A stretch of 63,504 bases of DNA, the filler included, from Hyphochytrium catenoides (Eukaryota > Protista > Hyphochytriomycota), in the NCBI GenBank assembly GCA_900088475.1. It is 10 parts of 10 records of this genome, joined end to end, with 100 filler letters (N's around TTAATTAATTAA, not from the genome) between each part and the next. Parts side by side here need not be neighbours in the genome. Positions count along the whole stretch, not along the records: positions 35,087 to 63,504 come from FLMG01001552.1; 9 more parts are not named here. One strand, given 5' to 3'. The stretch's first letter is position 1, and the number at the start of each line of letters is the position of its first letter. The notes under the pieces were generated by a model, which was not told the DNA's origin, searched no databases, and worked only from the letters and a program-made list of their open reading frames with translations. A program made the translations under genes and the position numbers. Positions 52,501 through 63,504 of this stretch are shown here, piece after piece.

Positions 52501-53180
52501 TGACGTAGGAGAGCAGAGTATGAGTCTTCACTGGGTCCTCTGCTTGGACGAAAATAGTGAACCGCTGCAGACGATACATGCGGAGTATTAGGTATAAAGA
52601 CATATGATGAGGGTATGGGAAGGAATTGAGGATATCAGACTAGTACCTCTCAGTAGCACGTACGAAAAGAACAAGCAGATGTTGCTGATGTAAGGGCCGC
52701 TGTAACTTACCTCAAACCCAAGCTCCTTGACACGGAACAGCGCGAGGTAGCTCAGAATGAGGTAGCGGGTATAGTCCCCTCTGGCTGCGGAAGAGGAATT
52801 GTCGCTATAGAAGTTGGTCAAGAAAACCTGGAGAGCAAGGTCACATCATCCTTTCTCAATCTCCTGGTCTTTGCCTCACAGTTAATACAGGCGTGCACGT
52901 ACCTTCAGAAACTTTCGATAGCGAACGCAGCCGTAGAAGACTTGCTGGACAAATACTTTGTCATAGTCCCGATCCTAACATCAAAGAGTAGGAAGCATAA
53001 GAGACATTTTCAGATAAAGAAAGGAGCTTCGCTTTATGGAATGGTTCAAGCACTACCTACCGCATTGATGTCTCCTAACATGTCCGACACATACGCATCT
53101 ACCGTCGTCACCGACGGGTTGAACCCCTTCAGAAGCCCCTCCACTCGATCCAGCAGTTCCTTCGGACTCATCTCTTCCAT
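49524..53180 (-). CDS. CFAP99: Cilia- and flagella-associated protein 99
   Basis: MEEMSPKELLDRVEGLLKGFNPSVTTVDAY, FVQQVFYGCVRYRKFLK, YLILSYLALFRVKELGF, EWIQILDPQFID, KMNAAAILRED, LIRQIRALE..FDPTTSSGIGLLEEMSLIELKERL. Confidence 0.87.
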
Positions 53181-53761
53181 GACTCCCTCTATGTGTAGTC
53201 CTACCTTCCTAGACTTCGTTAAACTCCTATCATTTCAACCCTTCTCACTAGCCCGACACATGCTTCCCGTTGCGCAGATTCTCCGCCTCGCCCGAAGTGC
53301 ATAATCGGTGTTCTCATATCATCCTCTTCTTCTTTCGTGGCTGAGACGCGCGGCTGGGCTGCGGCGCTGCAGTAGGCACAGCTGTGGCTGTGATGATGAT
53401 GGAGACGGGAACAAGCTTTGATCTTTGTCTCCCAGGTCGCGACGATGAACGGACTTCGCATGGGGGGCGTTACAAACCAAGAGGACGATTTCAAAATGTA
53501 AAATGACAATGGCACAACCCAAAGACCACTCTTTGACTGTTATAGTTCTGCTGAGAGGTTTGTCTTATTACAGTCTCGGCCCAGAAAGAAGGTGAAGACA
53601 ACCAAAAACAGAGATTCTAGCATTGAGTGAGTGTCTTGCCTTGCATCGCCATCGTCTCGTCCGGATTGACCCGGAGCAAGGCAGATCAGGCAGTCTTCAC
53701 TCTCCGCAGGAGCGCGCGATAGTGCAGATTTATAGCAGAGAGACCGTGTGGCGTGGAGAAG

Positions 53762-55619
53762 ATGACGGGAGGAAGGCTTTCGGTTGTGGAGGTCCACAGA
53801 GTGACGGCCATTTTGGAGGACACTGTTGAGAAGCTCTCCTTTCTGGCAAGGTGAAGCAGACTCTTACTCCATTCTTAACGCTATCGGAGTTACTAGGTCT
53901 TACGAGTTGATCTGCTTTCCTCTACCAGCATCAAGCCTGACATTGTTCAGCATCGTGATGAGCTTTCGAAAGTGGTTGGGGATGAAATATCCAGGATCAT
54001 TCAGGAGCAAAGGGCGCTGGAGATTCGGTACGAGCATCTCACGAAGGAGAGAGGCGATCTGAAAGTAAGCATGGTTAACTCATGAACTTTGATGACAGTG
54101 TTAAGTTCGCTACTTTCTTAGGGCCTTGCCAACAAATCGCGATATAAAGAAAATCAAAATGAGCTACGAGAGGTCAGTCGCTCTCTCCGAGAGTCTACCA
54201 AGAATCTCTGCAAGAGTCTGCGGGTAAGATGATTGATTCCCAGCGCAATGGCTGCAGGAATAGGAGCGACGTAGGACATAACATCACCTTCTCTCAGGAT
54301 AACCCGAACATTAGCGTGAACTTAATGAAGATCCAGCATGAGCGCTCTGCTCTGGAAAATCTGCTTAGCAACACTGTCCAGGAGCTGAAGCAGACAGGAC
54401 AGTACGATGGACTCCGGCAGCACCTTCAGGAGGCGCAGACAGCTTATGACAAGGTAAGATGTACTTTCAAGGAACCACTCTCAGCCTTCAACGTGCTCAT
54501 GACGGTGAATAGGTCGCAGATGTGGTCCGCAAGGAGAAGGAGGCGTCCGCGATGGTGAAGAAGCTTGATGAAGGTGTATCACCTCCTCAAACCCCTGTCT
54601 TTTTATGGCAGAGAGAATTGCTAAACGTAGATTCTCTTTTCCTGTGTCTTCCCAGAACTGAAGGTTGAAAAAGCGACGTACAAAAAAGAGATGGAGGACT
54701 TGCAAGCCACTATCGCAAAGCTCAAAGAAGAGCTCAAGCAGCTCAAGGTAAGAACTTTTGAAGGAGCTGTTCTTCATTCTATGAGCTAACTATTCAGTCT
54801 TTTAGTCCGACACAGTGTTCAACCTCACTTACCACAAGAGCAACGCTCAAGCTAAGACGAATAACATTATAAGGGTTCACGAAAAGGTGAGAGATTCCTC
54901 GCCACGACAAGCTAAAAGGGGCTTCCTCTCATATCATAACATCTTCGGAATGTAATTTGGACAACGGTGTGCGGTATAAAGATTTCTCACCCTAGTTTGT
55001 TCTCTCAGGAGCTTTCAAGCGCCAAAGAGGAAATAGACTCTCTACAGCTGAAGAAAAAGCGTGAGGACGATGTTCATAGGAACACCGTCGAGTATTTGCA
55101 GAAGAAGCAGCAGGTGGAGACAATTAGCTCTGTGACTGTTATAGTCAAGGTGGTCACATCATCTGCTAACTTGTCTTATTTTGTTTGTGTCGTCCTCGAT
55201 TTCAGCAACTCCTGGACGAGTGTGCTGGCTGGGGCGAGAAGTACCAGAATGATATAGAAGCGAAAGAGTTGGACCTAAATGATCTCTTAAAGGAGCGAGA
55301 CCTCAACCTGGCGATCCTAGAGCAGCTCAAGAGCAAGCTAAGGGAGGTGCAAGCCAAAGACGGAGCCAAGGCGGTAAGATCCTCTAATCCCTTACATCAT
55401 TATAGTCATAACCCTTTTGGTGCTTCGGGGTTGCAGCTGGAGCAGCAGCGAAAGCAGGAGCTACAGAGATTGAAGATTCTGGAGATGGAACGGCGCGACA
55501 AAGCAGCGCGAAAGATTCAGCATGAAGTGCGGAAGTTGCTTCGGACCAAGAAAAAGAGTGGCAGCGCCGGGTCTAAAGATAAAAAAAGCAAGAAAGGGGG
55601 CAGAAAGAAGAAGAAGTGA
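53762..55619 (+). CDS. DRC9: Dynein regulatory complex protein 9 (IQCG)
   Basis: MTGGRLSVVEVHRVTAILEDTVEKLSFL, VGDEISRIIQEQRALE, GLANKSRYKENQ, LRESTKNLCKSLR|DNPNISVNLMKIQHER, WGEKYQNDIEAKE, C-terminal IQ AARKIQ and Lys-rich tail KKGGRKKKK*. Confidence 0.88.
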
Positions 55620-55688
55620 TCAATCCACTTGCTTGATAGGCTTATTTATTCAATGCGCTTCAACCTCATCTGCAACGGTGTTAGAGAT

Positions 55689-57503
55689 TCACTGCCTTTC
55701 ATCTTGTTGAAGAAAATCACGCATGATGGAAGAAAGGATCCATGAGCGGTCCATGTCTGTCCACGGTGAAGGCTTAACGGTCAAGGGAGGAGAAGAGCTT
55801 GCCACAATCACTGGCCCTTCATCCGTATCGTAATTGTTCGGACTCACAGGGTTATCAACGCTCACTTCCTCACTGCTATCCCTACCTTCGCTCCTAAGTC
55901 TCTCCCTTACAGTCTCTGGAGTGGCAGGCTGCCGCTCTATCACATAGCAAACTCCTGAATCAAGCTGGAGTCGTAAAGCTTCATCAATCCCTGGCGCCGG
56001 TTTCCACAGTACGTGGTTACGGAAAAAGTTGAGTACCTTAGAGAACTCTCCGTGCCGCACCATATCACGACTGTCCGTGTGGAAGCAGGGAGGGATTGCA
56101 ATGGATTCTATCTGTTCACCAGTTTCAGGCGCGTTGCCATCACTGTCCATCTTCTTTCCTGTATGCCAAACACTTGGAAAGTCACCCAGAAGACCGTACT
56201 TAAGGGTGAACCACTCTAAACCGCAGACGGGGAAGTGAAGAATGACTGGAGTTCTTGGGTCGGTGTGTGCCAGTTCCAGCTTGCCGTGCGTGACATCTTG
56301 TTCCTGAAGAAAGCGGTCGATGAAACGGGGGTCCGGTAAGGAAGTCACTGAGAGATTATGCTTTAGAGGCAATGAGGCATAGTTTTCTGTATGCGCATTG
56401 CTCGATGTGGTCATAGACTCGGCAATGTACCGCTCTCTCATTCGTCCAGCAATAGAGAATAAGCTACTGCGACTGTTTCCTGTCCAAACGGGATCCTCTT
56501 CCTGCTCCACTGTCGAGACAGCTCCTCCCCTGTGGAGGTATTTCTTAGTCCTAGTCCGATACAGTTCTTGATCTAATACTCGGGCCTGAGAGGCAGATAA
56601 GGATTGCCATCTATGTACACTTGCTGGGAGAACTAAAGGAGCGACCCGCACTGCCGCCTTGCCATTATCGTAGAACAGAAAGTACTGTCGCCTACGCGAC
56701 CTCTGCCGCCAAACCTCAATTGCTTGGGCGACTGCAGGGGCAAGCGGAAGAAGAAGATGGTTGCGCTTGAAGAATCTAGCTTCGGAAAAGTAGTTTCTCA
56801 TCGATAGTGATGAAGCCACGGCTTCGTCGTTGGCATAGATGCGCTGGAATACCTCCTCACGAGCATCAAGCTGGCGAAAGTGTTCGCGGACTGCATCTGC
56901 GGGGCTTTGATTCGACTCTGCTCCTACCGACGAAACCGGGTCCACGTCTGGCGGAAGATAGAAGAGCTCATCGCTGTCGATATGCAACAGCCATGGCCTA
57001 AGACGAAGTTCATTCGCCTTAGCTAGGCATAACCACAAAGCAGTCTCGGCGTTCAACTGCTGGCGCGCCACCACATCAGTGTCGACGATAGGTGCCAACT
57101 TGGGATAGAGGCGACAATAGCGGTGCTGCCATTTCCTAAGCGAAAGAGTGGACGAGATTATGCTCACTTTCCCAGATAAAATTGGTGCAATTGATACATC
57201 TTTCTCTGCAAGAGCAAGATGCGCCTTGAGCAATGGTAAGGTTTGATCATCGGGATCGTCGAAGAAGATATAAAGCTGATCAAAGCCAAGTCTCAGATGG
57301 TGGAAGATAAACTCCAACAGCACCTCACAGGCCGTTTCCGCTGATGGGATAGGAAACTGTTGTTGGGTTAGTGGAGGTGGCAATGCCTCTGATTGCGGAA
57401 GAAAGCGCACCGTGGAGACGAGAGCCAGAGAAAGTCCACACCTATCGGTAAAATCTTTCAAAAAATGTGGTGAAGACTCTGCGCGGGTTGCTGGGTTACT
57501 CAT
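55689..57503 (-). CDS. Intronless 604-aa GT-A fold glycosyltransferase (GT2-like Glyco_tranf_2_4 / GT92-related)
   Basis: Single ORF; FIFHHLRLGFDQLYIFFDDPDD, VVARQQLNAE, WLLHIDSDELFY (DxD), FLFYDNGKAAVRV, VHRW, PVILHFPVCG..KY..LG.FP. Confidence 0.8.
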   Translation of the reverse strand: MSNPATRAESSPHFLKDFTDRCGLSLALVSTVRFLPQSEALPPPLTQQQFPIPSAETACEVLLEFIFHHLRLGFDQLYIFFDDPDDQTLPLLKAHLALAEKDVSIAPILSGKVSIISSTLSLRKWQHRYCRLYPKLAPIVDTDVVARQQLNAETALWLCLAKANELRLRPWLLHIDSDELFYLPPDVDPVSSVGAESNQSPADAVREHFRQLDAREEVFQRIYANDEAVASSLSMRNYFSEARFFKRNHLLLPLAPAVAQAIEVWRQRSRRRQYFLFYDNGKAAVRVAPLVLPASVHRWQSLSASQARVLDQELYRTRTKKYLHRGGAVSTVEQEEDPVWTGNSRSSLFSIAGRMRERYIAESMTTSSNAHTENYASLPLKHNLSVTSLPDPRFIDRFLQEQDVTHGKLELAHTDPRTPVILHFPVCGLEWFTLKYGLLGDFPSVWHTGKKMDSDGNAPETGEQIESIAIPPCFHTDSRDMVRHGEFSKVLNFFRNHVLWKPAPGIDEALRLQLDSGVCYVIERQPATPETVRERLRSEGRDSSEEVSVDNPVSPNNYDTDEGPVIVASSSPPLTVKPSPWTDMDRSWILSSIMRDFLQQDERQ

Positions 57504-58510
57504 GCAGTTGAAATAAAGAGCTTAAAATCAGGGCAAGGGAGGAAGCACGGCTACAACGCCAGCGAAAGCCTACGACTTCTGAGTGAGCACATTAAAGTCC
57601 TGGACCTTTTAGACTTGGAGCTGCTGATCTCCGCTTCCCTGGTCCTTTCAAACTTCTGACAAGGACATTCTACCGATTCGTCCAGCCAAGTCTTCAGGTC
57701 CATCAGTTGACTTGGCTCTGGGTGACTAGTGTCTAAATAATGATGATGGCAACCACCACCGTCATGGCGCTCTGCTGGTCGCTACTCGGAAAAATCAAGC
57801 CAAAGCTTGGAGATTCCTACGTAGAGAGAATATGATGAGCCTCGTCAACGATGTGCGTTGTTCGATGACACCACAGTCTGTACTCAACAGCTACAGTATT
57901 CTTTCCTTATCCCGGAACGGGGATTATCGTATAAAGAATAATAAATAGGCCATCTCGATTTGTCTAGAATAGAGATTGTGAAGTGGACGTTAGCAGCTAT
58001 AGGTTCAGTGGGCCAACTTGAAGAAGCCTCAGGTTTGGCACTCAGCACCGTGAAGATTCAAGAGATGCCAACCTCCATGATCGGGAAAGCAAGCCAGGGT
58101 CCGGTGCTGTGGCTGAGCTCAAGCTCAAGGTCTCGACTGTTGCGCCATCCGCGACAAAACGAGGGGCTTCCTTACGTAGCCCTTTTTCCCGCTCTCCCGC
58201 CTTAGTCTTTCCCAACAGTGCGCCCCATCGAGCTCACACCACTTCAACTCTTTCGAGAGCCCTTCGCATACTGCTGTCCATCTGCTCCCCCATCTTGAAG
58301 ATCGTTAACTCTTCGCATGAGTTGATCGGCCAAGACAATAGCATTATAACACTGAAAGCCCTCCGTGACTGCTGGCCTCCATCAGCTTCTGGGGACAAGC
58401 AGATCGCGTGAAGCCCGGACTTGCCGTGGCACTCTGCTGTGGGCGTCATCTCGTTGCACTTGCCGCAAGCGGGAACTCAGATTTCGACGGAACGGATCTA
58501 GCCAGGAGAG

Positions 58511-60896
58511 ATGGCTGATGTGAGTCATCCAAGTAGCCGATATCGTTTAACAATTGATAATTAACACATATCCTCTACAGGCTGTGGGCTATGCTGCTGC
58601 AGGTGCAGCGGCTGTCATTGTCGGATCGGCTTTTGTGCCGACCAAGCTCTATCCCACCTATGACGGTCTGTGGGCTCTTTGCCTTCTTGCTGTACTTCTC
58701 GTTTTTCTGGTTACGGTCTGTGGGCTCTCGCCTTTTTGCTGTTATCTCTTGCCTCTCCTGCTCTCACTTAAGTCTTCTCTTGTTTAATCACTTCCTGTCT
58801 TCAACTCATTTCTGGCTTGTTTCATTTTTCCTTCATCAGGGATGATATTCCAGTGGTTCATGGTGAGTAAGAACTGTCGAGGGGCCAGAACCGAAGAGTT
58901 AGTCTCACAGGCATTTACCATTTCCTCTAGTGCTCTGGGATCATGGGAGTAGGCGTCGTTTGGGGAGTTCTCAGCAACCACTGGGAGGGCCCACTCACAG
59001 CTACAGGTGCACTTCCTAGTCGTGCTTCTAGCCTAGAACTCTGCTTGCGCAACTACCTGGACCGAGTACCACCTGCGTTAATCAATCACCACATTCCCGC
59101 CCACTGACTACGTCGGCACTTGTTTTCTATTATGCCACGCTGTTTGACATAGGGCTTTACGTCTTCCCGCATGGGATTATTGGCGGTGCCGGATGGGCTC
59201 TAGCAAATGCGATGATCCCCACCGTGGTGAACTTCATTGGTCTATCTAAAGGCTTTATCTTCTGGAACAGCACCAAAATGCTAGTCTGTGCAGTAGTGCA
59301 GACTTTTGGTACGGATTGTGCCTTTCTTATTGTTGATCACAGCCGCTGTCCTGCCATCTAACGTCTCTTCTTCCCGACTTCTTCTCAGGCTTTTACGGCC
59401 TGACCCCGCGACCACCCTCCAATTGGTTCATTTTTCTCCTTGGTATGGCTCTAATTTTAGTAGCAATTGGGGTTTTTGGCGTTGTCAAGCCAACTTTATC
59501 CAAAGTGGCCGCCCAGAAAGCGAAGAACCTAGGTTCAGAGACACCGGTATGCGCCTATCGGTACTAATCCAACTTGCGGTTTAGCTTCGTTCAAGGTTAA
59601 CCAAAACGTTACGAAGGAACTGTCGGAACCGCTGCTTAGCATTGGCTCGAAAGTAATACAATGTCCTTGTTGTCTTCTAACGTCATCCTATCGTAGGAGA
59701 GCTTACACACGGAACTGACGCGAACGTACGGTGCAACACCATCACTGGGGGATGATACTGGCCGGCGCCGCACGTCATCATCTACTACTGGACCACATGC
59801 CATCGATGTCCTTTCGGAACTACCGAACTTCGGTATGCGAACGTCTTTAGGATTCCGGTTAGGCATTATAGCTTACGATAAGACCGAACTGCCGGCATTG
59901 CGTTTTGCAATATACATAGGTCCTTATGAAATCAACGGACTGGTTCCACCGCCAAAGACTGACGATGAAGACGAGGCTGCAGCGCACAGAAGGTTCCTTA
60001 TTGGGAGTAGTCTGGCCGTCTTGGTGGGCTTCATATTTGGAAATACCATGACGCCATTTCTTATCTGGCAGGTTAGTGTCTTCTGGTGACGGTCGTTGCG
60101 ATGTTGCCACTCTTTGTTCCCGTTGACTCTCATGTTGCGAATTTAAAAGCGCTAGTCACAGAAAGGTCTCTCCCGTAACATTTCGCAGGAACAATGTCAA
60201 GCTTTCGCAGAGCGTGCCGCCGAAGCAGGCGTTACGGTCACCTGCAAGCCCACTGACATGATCTTTAGTCAATGTCTTGGAGATTACTTAGGGTCAACAT
60301 TGGTCTTCGTTGTCTATTCCATGGTGAGTCCACAGACCTCTCACCAGCAATTCCCTGGTCTCTATAGGAAGAATGCAGTTTTACGGCACCTAATTATCAT
60401 CAACTAGGTTCACAAGTATCGAGGAACCACAATGCGTCGCAGTGCCATGCGTCCTGCTTACATCGCGGGAATGCTATGGAGTCTGGGCAAGATTATACAG
60501 TTTGCAGCTCTTCAGACGCTGCCATTCATCGTCGTCTATCCTGTAATGGCCATTGGCCCAGCAGCAGGTACCATAGCTAGCGATGAGAGGCGATGATTTA
60601 TGATCGGCGAAGATCTTGAGTTCCTAGGGCTGTGAGTTTGTTACATAAGATCTCGCCCCAATTCCACCGCAACATTTTTGTGCTTATGTGGTAGCTGCAC
60701 TGCTCTACGTCAAAAGATGGCGTGTGTGAGCTCGTGGAAGTTCGGTATCTGACATATCATTTCTGCAGTGTCCACCCTCTGGTCGACCTTCTACTTTGGG
60801 GAGATCCAAGGAGCTCGCAATATGCGGCTATTGGCTCTTGGTTGCACTTTAGCTTTTGTCGGAATCATTCTGAATACACTCAGCCATCCTCACTGA
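58511..60896 (+). CDS. TMEM144: TMEM144-family (DMT superfamily) membrane protein, multi-exon
   Basis: MAD|AVGYAAAGAAAVIVGSAFVPTKLYPTYD|GMIFQWFM|CSGI, GIIGGAGWALAN..VNFIGLSKGFIFW, LAVLVGFIFGNTMTPF, FSQCLG, PAYIAGMLW, STLWSTFYFGEIQGARN..HPH*. Confidence 0.88.
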
Positions 60897-63504
60897 GAAG
60901 GACTGGTTTGCTACAATATGCTTACATGGTCACTCACCATAGTGAACTAAGCTCTATACAAGTAATCAAAGAGCTAGAATAAGCATGAACCAGCCTGCCG
61001 CAAGTCAAAGAGAGGCCACCACCATCGTGTTTGCGATGCCCAAATGGGATAATAGCCCTTGAGCGGTTGCTTTTTCAAACCCGACCACCCAGTCCTTCCT
61101 CCTCCAGCAGCTATGTCGTAGGATACCCACCGTCTTTTCCCCAACCGCCACAGCTGGTGAGGAAGACATGGTGAGAGATGACAGCGGTTGAAGACCCGAG
61201 ACGCAGTCCCTCGTAGCGGATTATTAGTTGTCGAATGCTTGCGTTAGAGATCAAAGAACTTATTAAATGGAGGTTGAGTAGCGAAAGAGCTAGGGAGCGA
61301 AGAAGGATTGACAAGAAACCGAAAAGGAAAGATCGTCTTGCATGGTGGACCATGAAGCGACTGAGGAAAAAAATAGCTATATGGAGGTCAGAGGAGAAGA
61401 GGAAGAGAAAGATCGCTTGAAGAAAGCTCATATATGGAAGGAAAGAATGATGAAAGAGAAAGGTGAATGAGTAGTCAGTGGAGCGCAGAAGTGATAGGGG
61501 CCAAGGACAATATGACGCTGTCCCTGAGGAAACCTAACGGACTAAAACGGCGAGAAAGGTGGGAACAGCTAGATTCGCAAGGGCACGAGGATGTTATTGA
61601 GCTATCTTAATTATCAAACTTAGGGATGCTCCAGAAGAGTGCTTGTGCACATAGTGGCGTCAGAGGAAATTATTTCGGTCGCCAGACTCATGGATACGTT
61701 TGGTGAATGGTCCTGATCCTTGGCACATGATCCCCCTTGAATGCTTAGAAGAAGGCTCCTCTGGCTCAGACGCATGAATAATAGAGGAAATGATGGGATA
61801 GACCAGAAAGGCTACACCAACCTTGCCCTACACCTTCGGTGCGGCACTCCGCCGGAAACGTTGCTGATTGGGTTGTTGTGCGGGAAATCCCAATCACTTT
61901 CCCCTGGGGTTGATACAAGTAATCCAGAAAAGACATAAACAATACCGTCCTCGTCTCCCCTGCCGCCTGGTGGAGGCCAGGGCCACAAGGCTGAACAATG
62001 TGGTCACGGTCGCCGGCCAATGACTCAAACCGCTGCTGAAGCCGCAAAAGTAGTGGGAATGTCAGCGACGGTTTTGGTGGTGATTGCGCCAAATAAAGAA
62101 GTCTTGACTTCTTCCCCGAGATCCACCCAACGTCACTGCCGTTTGCTGCTTCTGTTGTTGCCAAGGTCGTTAACCATCTGGCTGCAGGCACTATTTGTAG
62201 GTGAGAAGCCAAAGGACATTTCCGCTCTTGGCAAACTTGCTCCAAACTTGAAGAAGTTCTTCGCGGGTAACAGCAACCAAGAATATTATTTATTATTACT
62301 AAACCGTCCCGTGCCCATCGAGAGCCCTCTTCGAGGTGAGTCCGCTGAGATGACGCGCGAGTGCGTTTGTGACGCACTCCGCATACCTGCAGCTTGCTAC
62401 TGCTCTTGGTTCTGTTGATGGGTCGACCTGCCCACTCCCCAGCTCCTCTTCTCATCCCGTCCTTGTCTTTCAATCCTTTTGATCTACCTCTTGATGATCA
62501 CGGTTTTAGAAATGGTGTCATCGTTAATTTGCCTACGCACATGCAAAGACTGACCATTCCCTTCAGCATCTGCAATTCATAGAACTGTGGCACCTTGCAC
62601 GATATTCTTCAATGGCTGGAAGGCCATGGTGTAATAACAGATGGCGCTTGGTTGGCTCCCAAATCTCCTTTGATGCAGACAAGGCTTGCGACTTGATCCG
62701 ATACTCCTATCGTCCGTACTGAGTCCTCTTGTTCAAGATACCTTGTGTTAGCTGTTATATGTCGACAACTCCGTCGGATCAGTACCCTATACTCCTCCGA
62801 AAGAGAAGCTCTCTTTCTGTCTCTTAGGGGTAGCGCTCGGACCAACAGGAGGTCGAAAGGAGAAGGCCCTCACGGGAGGAACGCGGCCTTTACTCTGAAC
62901 TAGTTGCAGACGAGGTGGGGCAGTCCAAGTTTCCAAGCCAACTGACTATCAGGGGTAGGTAGCTCTTATTCCGTGGAGGAGAATGCTCTCATCTCTACCT
63001 AGTACTATCCTCTGATCTCTCTTCTCTGCCCCCTGCGATCAGGTTATGCTTGTTAACAACGTCAAGTAGTCAATAAACTTCCTACTTGAGAAGAAAAAGC
63101 TCTTCAGATCGCCTTAGACCTCTTCCTCTTCTGCAAAGCTTTGTCGTAGCTGAGTCTTGGCCACTCCTGGAGGCGGAGTTCCGGCTCCTTTTCTGTGTAA
63201 CAATAATGCGGATGATGATGACTCCTTTTAGCAATTTCTGCTCACTAGGTTATCGTGACAAAGGGCACAAGAAGGATGTAAAATGGTGAACCCAGAGCTG
63301 ATGCTACTGTCGCGGCTTGTGTTTTCCTCGTGATCGGTACTACTATGAGGAGAAGAGGAGAGAGGAAACGGACACATGAGAGAGCGAGAGGGAATAGTGT
63401 ACTTATCTCCATAACCTTTCTTCCTGCTGGCCCCATGACCGATTACATAGATGATATAAGGAAAGGCCTCTTGGTTAGGCTTATCAGAGCGCCGCTACTA
63501 CTAA

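Noticed and set aside
35087-63504. Alternative genetic code
   Set aside because: Reconstructed genes splice cleanly, and TAA, TAG and TGA all serve as real stops.

Overview
Eukaryotic draft-genome sequence from an intron-rich, flagellated protist (a stramenopile-like lineage is plausible but not provable here). It is ten contigs joined by artificial 100-nt spacers (44 N + TTAATTAATTAA + 44 N), so adjacency across spacers is not biological. Most listed ORFs in 2.4-32 kb are (CT)n/(GA)n microsatellite artefacts; real genes appear only after manual splicing. Left, microsatellite-rich contigs hold fragments of an Mdm31/AsmA-like protein, a U-box-like protein, a CRAL-TRIO (Sec14) protein, an IQ-motif protein, an H6PD-type glucose-6-phosphate dehydrogenase ending in KEEL, a METTL6-like methyltransferase, and an OSCA/TMEM63-like channel with a SUEL lectin domain. 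A decayed Ty3/Gypsy integrase follows. The large right contig is gene-dense with short introns: a TPR membrane protein, a DGAT2 with a duplicated N-terminal membrane module, an ankyrin protein, a hypothetical protein, CFAP99 and DRC9/IQCG head-to-head, an intronless GT-A glycosyltransferase, and TMEM144. Best leads: the lactonase-less H6PD with KEEL, polarised GA-then-CT introns that could fold back on themselves, the DGAT2 fusion and the lectin-bearing OSCA channel. Family calls rest on recalled motifs; no searches were run.
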